Of a DNA stretch of 64,000 nt, positions 35,945-45,308 are shown one piece after another. This DNA is from Planctomycetota bacterium. GTDB taxonomy: Bacteria; Planctomycetota; SZUA-567; H5-PLA8. The translations under genes and the position numbers were made by a program. Numbering within the stretch: position 1 is the stretch's first letter; each line of letters begins with the position of its first letter. The DNA is taken from assembly GCA_045863855.1 (NCBI GenBank), contig BTVV01000013.1:18834-82833 (forward strand). Direction: 5' to 3'. The notes below the pieces were generated by a model that searched no databases, had not been told where the DNA came from, and saw only the letters and a list, made by a program, of their open reading frames with translations.

Positions 35945-36706
35945 ATGGATGGAATCGTGGCGCAAAGCGATAGGCTTGGTTTCCGTCTGCTTCGAACTTT
36001 CGCATTTAGCGAATGTACGGCCTTGGTTTTTCCTGCCTTAGCATTTTCGGTTTTGGTTCTCTGTTCCTGTTCTAGTCCTAGTCAGAGGGAGCGAGAAAAA
36101 TCCGCACCGAAGGACCCCCAAGCGAAGCCCATTACAGATCAGGTAGAGGATGGGGGTGAATCTTCATTTTCAGGTGAGATCATTACGCCTGACTTGATGC
36201 AGTCGGTTCCTCCGGAAAAGCGGCATCCATTTCTTATGCCTGGCGAAGTGTATAGCGTGCCGCGCGTATTAAGCACCCCCAGCGGCTCGGTTTTAGAATT
36301 AGCCGAAAAAGGAATTAAGATCGTTAAGGGCCATTGGGAGATTAAAGGGGACTTTATTCGAGGCTCGCCCTTAGAAGGACAACCGCAGGCCATTTTGGAG
36401 TTCGATGTCGAAGATGCCTACTATGTCGGGATTTGGGCGAGAGGCGAGGCGGCGGGAGTGGGCTATTCTGTGGGCAAAAATACTATCTACGGCATTCGTC
36501 CGAACAGTACCTTAAAGTCTGTGGGACTCTATTTCCCTATTAATCGAAGTCCCGAACTCTGGTTGGACGAGAAGCGCCATCAATCCGAGTTGCCCGACTC
36601 GGATACTGTCCTTTCAGAAATTAAAGAGGGCAAGTGTTGGTTGATCGTAGAGCAGGGCACAATCGAGTTTATGAATTTTAGCATCTATATGCGTTCGAAT
36701 AATTAG
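35945..36706 (+). CDS. Hypothetical lipoprotein-like protein, lower GC
   Basis: Hydrophobic stretch ending LCSC followed by a polar linker; atypical codon use; start uncertain. Confidence 0.5.
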   Translation: MDGIVAQSDRLGFRLLRTFAFSECTALVFPALAFSVLVLCSCSSPSQREREKSAPKDPQAKPITDQVEDGGESSFSGEIITPDLMQSVPPEKRHPFLMPGEVYSVPRVLSTPSGSVLELAEKGIKIVKGHWEIKGDFIRGSPLEGQPQAILEFDVEDAYYVGIWARGEAAGVGYSVGKNTIYGIRPNSTLKSVGLYFPINRSPELWLDEKRHQSELPDSDTVLSEIKEGKCWLIVEQGTIEFMNFSIYMRSNN

Positions 36707-36711
36707 TAGCA

Positions 36712-37548
36712 TTGGGGTCGGGTGTGGTAGTTGGACTTGGAATGGATCCATCTATGGGGAAGCACGTCAACTCGCTGCAGGAAGCAGCGAAATATTCGAA
36801 TGCGCTATTTTACTTGGATTGCGAGAACGAAATACCGGTTACAAGCCCAGTACGCTTGGTTCGATGTACGGATGATGCGTTGCAGCGGTTGAGCGATGAT
36901 TTGGGTTTTTACGGACTTCTTACGGATGCCACTCAGTGCGTCTTTTTTGATATTACACCAAGCGATCCACCTTGGACGAAAGCGCAGCTTAGCGGGGATA
37001 TCTGGGTTGCTCCTAAATACGAGGCACTTCTGGGCGCTGCGATTCGGCAGGTGCTTATCGGCAAGGCCGAAGACCTATACAATAGTGCCTTTGACCCAAC
37101 GAAACCCCTTTACCCCCTTGAGTCGCGCAAAGTCGGTGCTACGCCCATGTCCCTCGCAGCGGAATCAAACGATTGGGATGGAACGTTTGTTCGAATGCTC
37201 CGACTGAACCCCAACATCAATGCCTGTAACTCGAATGGTGATACTCCACTTCATGGCGCCGCGAGAGGCGGCCACGCCGCTTTCGTTGAGCGATTAATCG
37301 CATTACGAGCTATGGTCAATGCCAAAGGCGCGCATGAAAGAACGCCTCTCCACCTTGCCATCCTGAATCAGATGAACAAATATCCTCCGTCCACAGACGC
37401 CGCAAAGCTTTTGATTCTGAACCATGCCGATGTGAATGCAAAGGATGAGAAAGGCTTAACTCCTTTGGACTACCTATTGCGGTGGTGTCCCAACGATCTT
37501 GAGTTGAAGGAAATGCTTCTGTCGAGAGGCGCAGTAAGAGGAGGCTAG
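36712..37548 (+). CDS. Ankyrin repeat protein with unknown N-terminal domain
   Basis: GDTPLHGAA, RTPLHLAI, ADVNAKDEKGLTPLDY. Confidence 0.8.
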   Translation: MGSGVVVGLGMDPSMGKHVNSLQEAAKYSNALFYLDCENEIPVTSPVRLVRCTDDALQRLSDDLGFYGLLTDATQCVFFDITPSDPPWTKAQLSGDIWVAPKYEALLGAAIRQVLIGKAEDLYNSAFDPTKPLYPLESRKVGATPMSLAAESNDWDGTFVRMLRLNPNINACNSNGDTPLHGAARGGHAAFVERLIALRAMVNAKGAHERTPLHLAILNQMNKYPPSTDAAKLLILNHADVNAKDEKGLTPLDYLLRWCPNDLELKEMLLSRGAVRGG

Positions 37549-37550
37549 TA

Positions 37551-38375
37551 GGCCGGTGGCACGGGCAGTCCCTCCCACCGATCTTGAACGCGTCGCCCTT
37601 TCTGGATTTGGTGCCACGGGATGCGGACGTTCGCAACCCGTGCACACCACCGTACGTCTCTCGATGAACGTCACGGACTCCTATAGACTGCGCGGCGCAT
37701 GGACGGTCGGCCCCCGCATCGCAAGCGCGTCCGCACGTACAACGTGCCGGGGCACGCGCAATTTCTCACCTTCTCCTGTTACCGGCGCATGCCTCTATTA
37801 AGTAACGACACATGGCGTGGTTGGTTGGGCGAAGGCGTCGCGCGCGCATGCGCTTCATTCGACTTCGCGCTGTGGGCGTATGACTTCATACCGGAGCACG
37901 TTCACCTCCTGGTGAAGCCGCGCGGGAGCGTCTACGACGTGAGCGCCTTTCGCCGGAGTCTCAAGCAGGGCGTTTCCAAACGCATCGTGAACGCGCTTAA
38001 AGAGAAGAACGCGCCGGTGCTCGCGAAACTCCGCGTCCAAGAGCGTCCGAGGAAATGGTGCTACCGCTTCTGGCAGGAAGGGCCGGGGCACGACAAGAAC
38101 ATCTGGAGCCTGGCCAAGGTGATCGAGAAGGCGGTATACTGCCATCGGAATCCGGTGGATCGCAAACTCGTGCGTTCGCCGGAACAGTGGCGTTGGTCGA
38201 GTTTTCGCTGGCTGGAGTTGGGTAACAAGGAACAAGAATCGCTGGCGGTGGACGCTTGGGACGAGCGGCTCCGCGACGATCCGGACGGTGAGGCACTGGC
38301 TGCTTACACCCGCAGCCAGTGGCACCAGTTCCTAAAGGGTACGCGGAAAGATGAGGCGTGACCGTGCCACCAGCC
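37551..38375 (+). mobile_element. RAYT locus bounded by REP-like inverted repeats
   Basis: GGCCGGTGGCACGG (37551-37564) and CCGTGCCACCAGCC (38362-38375) are 13/14 inverted; palindrome CACGGG.TGCG..CGCA.CCCGTG at 37615-37642. Confidence 0.65.
37699..38361 (+). CDS. REP-associated tyrosine (HUH/Y1) transposase, RAYT-like
   Basis: FLTFSC, PEHVHLL (HUH), FWQ.G..D, YCHRNPV (catalytic Tyr), W.WSS. Confidence 0.88.
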   Translation: MDGRPPHRKRVRTYNVPGHAQFLTFSCYRRMPLLSNDTWRGWLGEGVARACASFDFALWAYDFIPEHVHLLVKPRGSVYDVSAFRRSLKQGVSKRIVNALKEKNAPVLAKLRVQERPRKWCYRFWQEGPGHDKNIWSLAKVIEKAVYCHRNPVDRKLVRSPEQWRWSSFRWLELGNKEQESLAVDAWDERLRDDPDGEALAAYTRSQWHQFLKGTRKDEA

Positions 38376-38439
38376 ATGCGCATGAAGGTGCGCTTAAGTA
38401 CGAAGAGCAAATTCTCCTGATACTAAAGGGGCAATAGCG

Positions 38440-38775
38440 ATGGATGCGGAAGAAGCCGTCAAGGCACTCTGCCATTTAAGAAGGCGTGGAGGCATTACGG
38501 AGGATGGTTTCATTTTGGCATTGATAGCCAACGCGTCTGAATATTTTCCGGCTGACATTTGGCGTTCAATAAAAGATGACGACAAGGCGGAAGTTAAGCG
38601 CCATGTGTTCTCGATAAGGAATGGGGCTTCGGTATTTGGAGGGATTGACCGCAAGGCGGTACTGGAAGGCGTAAAAGCATTTGTTGATTTCTTTGAAAAG
38701 GACCCAGCCGCCGTCCTCCGCAAAAACTCATCGCGTGGCGGATCAGGGGATGAAGGAACCGTCGATAAAAAGTAG
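38440..38775 (+). CDS. Small hypothetical protein, lower GC
   Basis: 111-aa ORF, no recognised motif. Confidence 0.4.
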   Translation: MDAEEAVKALCHLRRRGGITEDGFILALIANASEYFPADIWRSIKDDDKAEVKRHVFSIRNGASVFGGIDRKAVLEGVKAFVDFFEKDPAAVLRKNSSRGGSGDEGTVDKK

Positions 38776-39268
38776 AAGAGCAGGGCTGAAGTAGAGTCGG
38801 AATTGGCGGCTTCAACGCAGATCCGTGCAAACGATTGCAATCCCTTCCGCCAAGTAGCCGCCAAAGTTTTGCCATCGAAACCGTAGATCAAGAGATCGAG
38901 AAGGCTTGCAACCTACCACCCTTGGTTTCCTAAACCGGAGGTCGCCCTCTGCTTGCTCCGAAGGGCGGGCTCTGCGTTGGCCTCGCCCGCCGTATGGTCT
39001 CGATGCGACGCCCTGCGGGACGCCTTGCCGTTTCAAAAGCGCCTGGCGACGCGGTGAGCACGCTTTTCAGCGAGCTGCCAGGGCGCGGGATCGATCGTTC
39101 CGGCTACGCATCTTTACGAAAGAGTGCGCGTTCTTGTGAGGGCAAAAAATTGGGTTAGGCTGAGCGGTGCATGGACGGCAAAACGCACCGGCAGCATGCG
39201 CGCACGTGCCAGCGGGATCGGCGGGCGGACGGCGTTTTGAACCGGATGCCTTGGACTTCCGCCTGCGC

Positions 39269-40435
39269 ATGTTGCGTCACGCGCCTTCATCCGTGAAATC
39301 CCGTACGCGCGTTCGCGCGTTGCTCCTGCTTTGGATCGCGCTCGTCTTCGGCGCTTTGTGGACGTACGGGATGCCGGCGGGGGCGGCGGGCGCGGGCGTG
39401 GGGTTCGCGGTGCGTCCGGCGCCGCCGGCGGGCGGCGGCAAAGCGTTCCTGCATGCGTCGATGCTCGACGGAAACAGCGTGCGTTCGGTGCACAGTTGCA
39501 CGCTGGTGGAACTCTCCGGCGGGCGCTTGCGCGCCTTCTGGTACGGGGGGAGCCGCGAGGGGGCGCTGGACGTCGCGATCTACACGGCGGTGTACGATCC
39601 GTCCGAGCGGACGTGGAGCCGCGAGCGGGCGCTGATCGACCGGGCGGTTTCGGAAGACGGACTGCAGCGCTGCGTCCAGAAGCTGGGCAATTCGTGCGCG
39701 CTGCTGGACTCGAGCGGGAAGCTGTGGCTCTTCTTCGTCACCTCGATGACGGGCTGGTCGGGGAGCAGCATCAACGTCACGACTTCGCCGGACGAAGGCG
39801 AGACGTGGACGGCGCCGCGGCGGCTGGTCACGTCGCCGTTCTTGAACCTGAGCACGCTGGTGCGCAGCCCGCCGTTTCAGTTCGCGGACGGGACGATCGG
39901 GCTTCCGGTGTACCACGAATTCCTGAGCAAATTCTGCGAGCTGTTGCGGCTGGACGGGGACGGCAACGTGCTCTCGAAGCAGCGTCTGACGCAGGACCGT
40001 CTGGCGATCCAGCCGGCGATCGTGCCGTTCGGGGCGCTGGAGGCCGTGTGCCTGATGCGGCCGACGTATTCGTCGCCCAAGCGCGTGATCGGCTCGCGGA
40101 CGACGGACGGCGGGCGGACGTGGAGCGCGGCGGCGCCGCTGGAGCTTACGAGCGACCGTTCGGGCGTGGCGGGGGTGCGGATGCCCGACGGCGGGCTGCT
40201 GGCGGCGGCGCGGGTGATGCGCAAGCTGACGCTTTCCGTATCGCGCGACGAAGGCGCGACGTGGCGGACGGTGGCGCACGCGGCGGACGGCCTGGTGGCG
40301 GAAGACCCGAACGAGCGGACCACGTATCCGTGCCTGCTGCTGACGAAGGCCGGCGAATACCACCTGGTCTTCACGTACAACCGGCGCGAGATCCGGCACA
40401 TGCACTTCAACCAAGCGTGGCTGGATCTGCCATGA
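39269..40435 (+). CDS. BNR/Asp-box (sialidase-like) beta-propeller protein
   Basis: Asp-boxes TSPDEGETW, TTDGGRTW, SRDEGATW; WYGGSREG; YP; start uncertain. Confidence 0.85.
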   Translation: MLRHAPSSVKSRTRVRALLLLWIALVFGALWTYGMPAGAAGAGVGFAVRPAPPAGGGKAFLHASMLDGNSVRSVHSCTLVELSGGRLRAFWYGGSREGALDVAIYTAVYDPSERTWSRERALIDRAVSEDGLQRCVQKLGNSCALLDSSGKLWLFFVTSMTGWSGSSINVTTSPDEGETWTAPRRLVTSPFLNLSTLVRSPPFQFADGTIGLPVYHEFLSKFCELLRLDGDGNVLSKQRLTQDRLAIQPAIVPFGALEAVCLMRPTYSSPKRVIGSRTTDGGRTWSAAAPLELTSDRSGVAGVRMPDGGLLAAARVMRKLTLSVSRDEGATWRTVAHAADGLVAEDPNERTTYPCLLLTKAGEYHLVFTYNRREIRHMHFNQAWLDLP

Positions 40436-41073
40436 CCGTTCACGCGCTGAGCGCCTGCTTCGGCCTGGGCGGCTGCTTGCTCGTGGCGCTCTTCTTTTTA
40501 ACCTCGGCGTTTCGCTTCGTGGCCGTTCCGGTCTGGGCGCGCTGGGGCTTCGCGGCGGCGGCCGTGGCGGCGTTGCTGGTTCCGCTGGACGGTATCTCCG
40601 GCGCGGAGTACGTGCGCTCGTGGACGGGCGACGTGAGTCTGACGCTGGCGGCGCTGCTGGCGCTGTGGTGCTGGGAGCAGCTTTCCGGGCGGCGCGTGCT
40701 GGAAGCGCGGAGCTTGACGCGGCTGAGCGGCGCGGTGCTGGCGTTGGCGGTCTGCTTTTATCCGTTCGCGCTGGGGTGGTCGATGTTCGATCCGTACGCT
40801 CTGGGGTACGGATCGCACGCGCTCTTCGCGAGCCTGCTGCTGCTGACGCTGGCGGCGTGGTACGCCGAAGAGCACGTGCTGGTGCTGGTCCTGACCTTCG
40901 GCGCGGCGGGCTTCGCGCTGGACGTGCTGGAATCGCGCAACCTGTGGGATTACCTGATCGATCCGGTGCTGAGTCTGCTGGCGCTGGTGTGGCTGGCGTC
41001 GCGGCTGGCGCTGCGGTGGCCGTGGCGCGCGAAGCCGGCCGCCGGCGCGGCGAGCGAAGCGGCGGCGCTCTGA
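40432..41073 (+). CDS. Integral membrane protein coupled to the BNR protein
   Basis: ATGA overlap; YPFALG..FDPYALGY, ESRNLWDYLIDP. Confidence 0.75.
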   Translation: MTVHALSACFGLGGCLLVALFFLTSAFRFVAVPVWARWGFAAAAVAALLVPLDGISGAEYVRSWTGDVSLTLAALLALWCWEQLSGRRVLEARSLTRLSGAVLALAVCFYPFALGWSMFDPYALGYGSHALFASLLLLTLAAWYAEEHVLVLVLTFGAAGFALDVLESRNLWDYLIDPVLSLLALVWLASRLALRWPWRAKPAAGAASEAAAL

Positions 41074-41097
41074 ACCTTTCTTAAAAAGTCAGGCTCT

Positions 41098-42027
41098 TCA
41101 GAAGTCCGCACCGGGTTCGGCCTCGGCGGAGGGCTCTTTGGCGTTGGGCCGGAGGTGATGCGGGAATTTGGATTCGAGGCGGGCTTTTAGTTTTTCGCGC
41201 GCGGGGCCATCGAGGGCGGCGAGGAGGCTTGCGCGGGCGGCATCAACGAGTTCGCGGGCGGCGGCGGCGGCATCCTGCATGAACTGCTGCGCGTCCTTGG
41301 CGAAGGCGGCGAGTTCGGGCGGCAGGTTCTGGGGTTCGCTCGACTGTTTGGCCAGCGCCCAGCCTTGTGCGGCGCGAGCTTCGAGTTCGCGGATGCGCGG
41401 TTCGAGCTTGGCGAGGCGAGCGGCCAGATCGGCGGCGAGCTTTTCGCGGACGGCGTCGAGCGCTTCTTTCTGGGCGCGGTCGGAGCCGGTGAGCACATCG
41501 TTGGCGCGCTTTTCGTAGCGGCGGCGCAGTTCGACGGCGCGTTCGGCGAGGCGGGCCTGTGCGGCCGTCCATTCCTGCTCCAGCTTGTCCCGTTCGGCTT
41601 GATAGGTCTCGCGCAGCCGCTGCATGGCCGTGGTGCCGGCGGGGAAGATCTCTTCGGCCGGGACGCCGCGCGCGAACGAATAGAGCAGATCGACGCCGCC
41701 GGGCGGCACCTTGAGGACGAAGGTGCGGCGCGGACCGTAATCGAGGTCGGACAGATCGGGCGCGGCGGGCAGGCCGAAGGCGAAGCGCACGCCGCGTTCG
41801 ACGCCGTTGGGGTGCAGGCCGAAGTGCATGGCTTGGCCAATGGTGCTGTAGTGCGCGGCGCCGGTGGCGAGAAACTGAAGCGAGACGGCGGCTTGCCCGC
41901 GCTCGGTTCGAGAGGCTTCCACGCGGATAACCTTGGGGCGCTCGTTCTTGGGCGCGGATTCGTCCTCGGCGCGCGCGGCGGCCGACGCGAAGAGCAGGAG
42001 CGTCAGGGTGGCGGGGGCGAGGCGCAT
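41098..42027 (-). CDS. Secreted helical protein, paralog of 42216..43247
   Basis: Signal peptide; shared motif LDYG..R.FV..VP.GGVD.L..F..G..AEEIF. Confidence 0.7.
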   Translation of the reverse strand: MRLAPATLTLLLFASAAARAEDESAPKNERPKVIRVEASRTERGQAAVSLQFLATGAAHYSTIGQAMHFGLHPNGVERGVRFAFGLPAAPDLSDLDYGPRRTFVLKVPPGGVDLLYSFARGVPAEEIFPAGTTAMQRLRETYQAERDKLEQEWTAAQARLAERAVELRRRYEKRANDVLTGSDRAQKEALDAVREKLAADLAARLAKLEPRIRELEARAAQGWALAKQSSEPQNLPPELAAFAKDAQQFMQDAAAAARELVDAARASLLAALDGPAREKLKARLESKFPHHLRPNAKEPSAEAEPGADF

Positions 42028-42059
42028 GGGGGCTCCGGTGGGGCGAAGTCCAAAATTCA

Positions 42060-42205
42060 AACGGCAAGAATCCAACCAACGGCCAACGACAGCAACGGAT
42101 CCATCAACGGAAACTTCCACAGCTACTTCAACGGCTGCGGGCGGGACGCCCGCGATACGGGGTTGCGGCCGGCCCCCGTCCGGTGGGGACGGGGGCTGAG
42201 GCCGC
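42060..42205. repeat. REP-like intergenic element
   Basis: CAACGG-rich tract, hairpin GCGGGC-GGGAC-GCCCGC (42137-42153), second hairpin 42165-42205. Confidence 0.55.
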
Positions 42206-42215
42206 GGGATGAGGG

Positions 42216-43247
42216 TTAGAAGTTCTCGCCGGGAGGAGCCGCGGGCTTTTCGGGCGCGCCTTGGGGCTCGTTGCCGCGCTCGGGTCGATTGCCACGGTCT
42301 CCACCGGGAGGTCCGCCGCGACCGCGTCCGCCGTCGCGCATCTGCTGGCGGCGCTCTTCGAGTTCCTTGAACTGCGTCTCGAGCTTGGTCTTGGCGTCTC
42401 CGGTGAGGGCCGCGAGCATCTTGGCATGGGTGTCCTGCGTGACCTTCTCGATGGCCTCGCGGAGCTTGCCTATGACTTCCTGGCCCTTCTGGTAGACGCC
42501 GGCGAGGGCGCGCCAGTCGCGGTTCTCGCGGACTTCGGCGCCTTTGGCCGTGGCTTCTTCCTTGAGCTTGGTCAAGTCTTCGTTGAAGGGCTCGTTGGCC
42601 TTGGCGCGTTCTTCGTGGTAGGCCTTGGCGAGCGCATCGAGCTGTTCTTTCTCGGCCTTCTTGTCGCCCAACTGTTCGTTGGCCTTGCCTTCGTACTGTT
42701 CGCGCAGGGCGATGACCTTGAGCGCGAAGGCTTTGTTGGCGGCGTTGAGTTCGGTCTGCAGCTTCTTGAGTTCCTCGGCGTATTCCTTGCGCAGCCCGTC
42801 GAGGGAGGCGGTCTGTTCTTCGGTGAGCGTGAAGATTTCTTCGGCCTTCAGGCCGTCGCGGAAGGCATCGAGGTTGTCAACGCCGCCGACGGGTGTATTG
42901 ACGACGAAGCGCTTCTGGACGCCGAAGTCGAGGCTTTCGACTTCGATGGGCGAGCTGCGCCCGACCATGAAATCGATCTGGCGATCGATCCAGGAGGTGG
43001 GGTTGTTTCCGCCGCCAAAACCACCGTTTCCGCGTCCGCGGAAGCCGCGCATCATTTCCGGCCCGCCGCCGGGTTGCATGCCGTCTTTGCGTTCGCCTTG
43101 CGGAGCGTTGGCGCCGGGGGTGACGGTGACAACGGCATCGCCTTCCTTTTTGGGCGCGCCTTCTTCTTCGGCCTGGGCGTGCCAAGGCAGCCAGCAGGCC
43201 AGGGCCAGGGCGAGCCCCGCTTGGACCTTCTTCGCTTCGCACAACAT
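42216..43247 (-). CDS. Secreted helical protein, Spy/CpxP-like (LTxxQ)
   Basis: GGAGG RBS, signal peptide, Gly/Arg-rich linkers, LTEEQ, coiled coil. Confidence 0.65.
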   Translation of the reverse strand: MLCEAKKVQAGLALALACWLPWHAQAEEEGAPKKEGDAVVTVTPGANAPQGERKDGMQPGGGPEMMRGFRGRGNGGFGGGNNPTSWIDRQIDFMVGRSSPIEVESLDFGVQKRFVVNTPVGGVDNLDAFRDGLKAEEIFTLTEEQTASLDGLRKEYAEELKKLQTELNAANKAFALKVIALREQYEGKANEQLGDKKAEKEQLDALAKAYHEERAKANEPFNEDLTKLKEEATAKGAEVRENRDWRALAGVYQKGQEVIGKLREAIEKVTQDTHAKMLAALTGDAKTKLETQFKELEERRQQMRDGGRGRGGPPGGDRGNRPERGNEPQGAPEKPAAPPGENF

Positions 43248-43297
43248 GGTACGTCCTCCTGTGGTTCGGCTCTTCGCAGCCGGATGAAAATCGATGT

Positions 43298-44572
43298 TTA
43301 CTTCGTTCCCGTCCACGCGTCGGGCGGGCGATAGCGTTCGCGCCCGCGGCGCACGGCGCCGGCGGCACGTTCGAGCTTGCAGGCCTGTCCGGCGGGCGTG
43401 GGCGCTTGCGCGTCGCGTTCCAACTGGCCGAGCCTGCGTTCGTGAGCTTCGAGATACTGCGCGACTCGGGCGCGGCGCTCGGTGAGTTCGCCGCGCGCCG
43501 CGGCTTCGGCTTGAGCCAGCCCGGCGTCGAGTTCCTTCAGGGTGCGGCGGTATTCGTCGACGCGGGCGGAGTAGAGCGCGCGCTGGGCATGGAGCGCTCC
43601 GGCGTCGGCGGTCTGCTTAAGCGTCTCGACGCGCTTCTCGACGGTATCGAGGAAGACCTGGACGTTCTCGCGTTCGAGGTCGGAGACGTACATTTCGCCG
43701 GCGCGGACTTCGACGGCGCCGGAGGCGTGCGCGGCGGCGACCTGGGCCGAACCGCTGAAGACCATCACGATGCCCTGGCCGCGGCGATCGGGATTGGGCG
43801 CGCCGGGCGGCGGGGCTTCTTCCTGGAAGACCATGGAGACGCCTTCGACCTTCGCGTCGAGGGCGGTGCTTTTGACCACGAGCGGTTCGGCTCCGCCGGG
43901 TTCGTAGGCGAAGAGCAGGCCGTCCTGCAGATGCAGCGCTTCGGCGGCGCCGCGCGCCTGCGGCCGGAAGCGCGTCTCTTGGAGCAGGCGCAGGCGCCCG
44001 CCGTTGGCGGTGCCGAAGACGGCTTCGCCTTCCTTACTGACTTGATAGAGCTTGCCCGGCGCGATCGCTCCGGCGGGCTTGCCGTCGGCGTCCAGCAGTG
44101 CGGCGGACCCGGGCAGCATTTCGATGCGCGCGACCGCGGCGCCGCGGTCCTGGAGCGCGCGGATGCCCAGCCAACTCAGGCCCAACGCAGCGACGCACGC
44201 GGCGGCCGCGCCGAACCGGCGCAGCCCAGGCGAGCGGCGCGCTTCGGAAATGAGGAGCGGGGCGCTGCCGGGGTCGCGCACGGGCGATGGCTGGAGCGTG
44301 GAATCATTCGCGGCGGTGTCCGACGGGAGCGCGGCCATGACACGCGCGGCGAAACGTGCGCCGGGCTGCGCTTCGCGCGAGGCGGCTACGAGTTGCGCAT
44401 CGACTTCGTCGAGCGCATCGAGAAGCGCGCGCGTGGCGTCCGACGCGCGGGCGCGCTGGAGCGCTTGCGCGGCTTGGGGCTCGAGCGTTTCGCCGTTGCG
44501 TTCGCGCACGTGCGCTTCGGCGGCGGCGAATGCTTCGGGCGTCAGCGCCTGTTCCAGATCTTCCGGCGTCAT
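43298..44572 (-). CDS. Putative anti-sigma factor (TM + FecR-like domain + coiled coil)
   Basis: FAARVMAAL, single TM, FecR-like beta region; AAGGAG RBS; downstream of ECF sigma. Confidence 0.7.
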   Translation of the reverse strand: MTPEDLEQALTPEAFAAAEAHVRERNGETLEPQAAQALQRARASDATRALLDALDEVDAQLVAASREAQPGARFAARVMAALPSDTAANDSTLQPSPVRDPGSAPLLISEARRSPGLRRFGAAAACVAALGLSWLGIRALQDRGAAVARIEMLPGSAALLDADGKPAGAIAPGKLYQVSKEGEAVFGTANGGRLRLLQETRFRPQARGAAEALHLQDGLLFAYEPGGAEPLVVKSTALDAKVEGVSMVFQEEAPPPGAPNPDRRGQGIVMVFSGSAQVAAAHASGAVEVRAGEMYVSDLERENVQVFLDTVEKRVETLKQTADAGALHAQRALYSARVDEYRRTLKELDAGLAQAEAAARGELTERRARVAQYLEAHERRLGQLERDAQAPTPAGQACKLERAAGAVRRGRERYRPPDAWTGTK

Positions 44573-44682
44573 GGCCACTCCTTCCACATCCAGCACGAGA
44601 CTCGTACCGCGGGTTTTGCTGCCGCAGGCGCGTAAATCTCTCGAACTGCGATTATTACCGGCGCGTTCACGGTGCTGCTCAT
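44569..44682 (-). CDS. 37-aa small ORF between ECF sigma and anti-sigma
   Basis: MSSTVNAPVIIAVREIYAPAAAKPAVRVSCWMWKEWP; ATGA overlaps at both ends. Confidence 0.5.
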   Translation of the reverse strand: MSSTVNAPVIIAVREIYAPAAAKPAVRVSCWMWKEWP

Positions 44683-45308
44683 GGGCGTTCGCCTTTGCCG
44701 ATGGCGTTGCGCAAAACGGCGAGTGCGCGCGTCAGGCGGCTGGTGATGGTGCCGATGGGCACGCCTTCCGCTTCCGCAATCTGCTTGCAGCTCAAGCCTT
44801 GCTGGTACTTCTGCAGCATGGTCTGGCGGTAGGGTTCGGGGAGTTCTTCGACCATCGCCAGGACATCGGCGGCGCGAGCGCGGTCGGGGTTCGGTTCGGG
44901 TTCGGGCACATCCATCTCGGGATGGAGCGCGCTTTCGGGCCGCGACGACTGGCGCCGCGCTTCGCGCGAGGCGCGGTGGCGGGCGATCTGGAGTAGCCAG
45001 GGGAGAAAACGAGCCTGTTCGCGCAACTGAGCCAAGGCCGAGAAGGCGTTGACGAACACCTCCTGGGCCAGGTCTTCGGCCCGATGCGGTTCGCGGACGT
45101 ACGGAAAGACGACGCCGTACACGACGCGCTGATAGCGTCCGACGAGTTCTCCGAAGCGTTCGCGCTGGCCGGCCAGGACGGCTTGGATGCACTCGGCATC
45201 CGCGGCAGCGGCCGCCGAAACGGGGGGCTCGGCGGAGCTGGCTGCATCCTTATTAGGGGGCACGGGCTGGGAGGCCCGGCGTGGCGAAGGCGCCGTCATC
45301 ACACACAT
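44679..45308 (-). CDS. ECF sigma-70 factor
   Basis: FGELVGRYQ, AEDLAQEVF, F.PWLLQIA, LSCKQIAE.EGVPIGTITSRLTRA. Confidence 0.93.
   Translation of the reverse strand: MCVMTAPSPRRASQPVPPNKDAASSAEPPVSAAAAADAECIQAVLAGQRERFGELVGRYQRVVYGVVFPYVREPHRAEDLAQEVFVNAFSALAQLREQARFLPWLLQIARHRASREARRQSSRPESALHPEMDVPEPEPNPDRARAADVLAMVEELPEPYRQTMLQKYQQGLSCKQIAEAEGVPIGTITSRLTRALAVLRNAIGKGERP

Noticed and set aside
35000..39150. Prophage or integrative element
   Set aside because: No integrase, phage structural genes, tRNA target or flanking direct repeats seen
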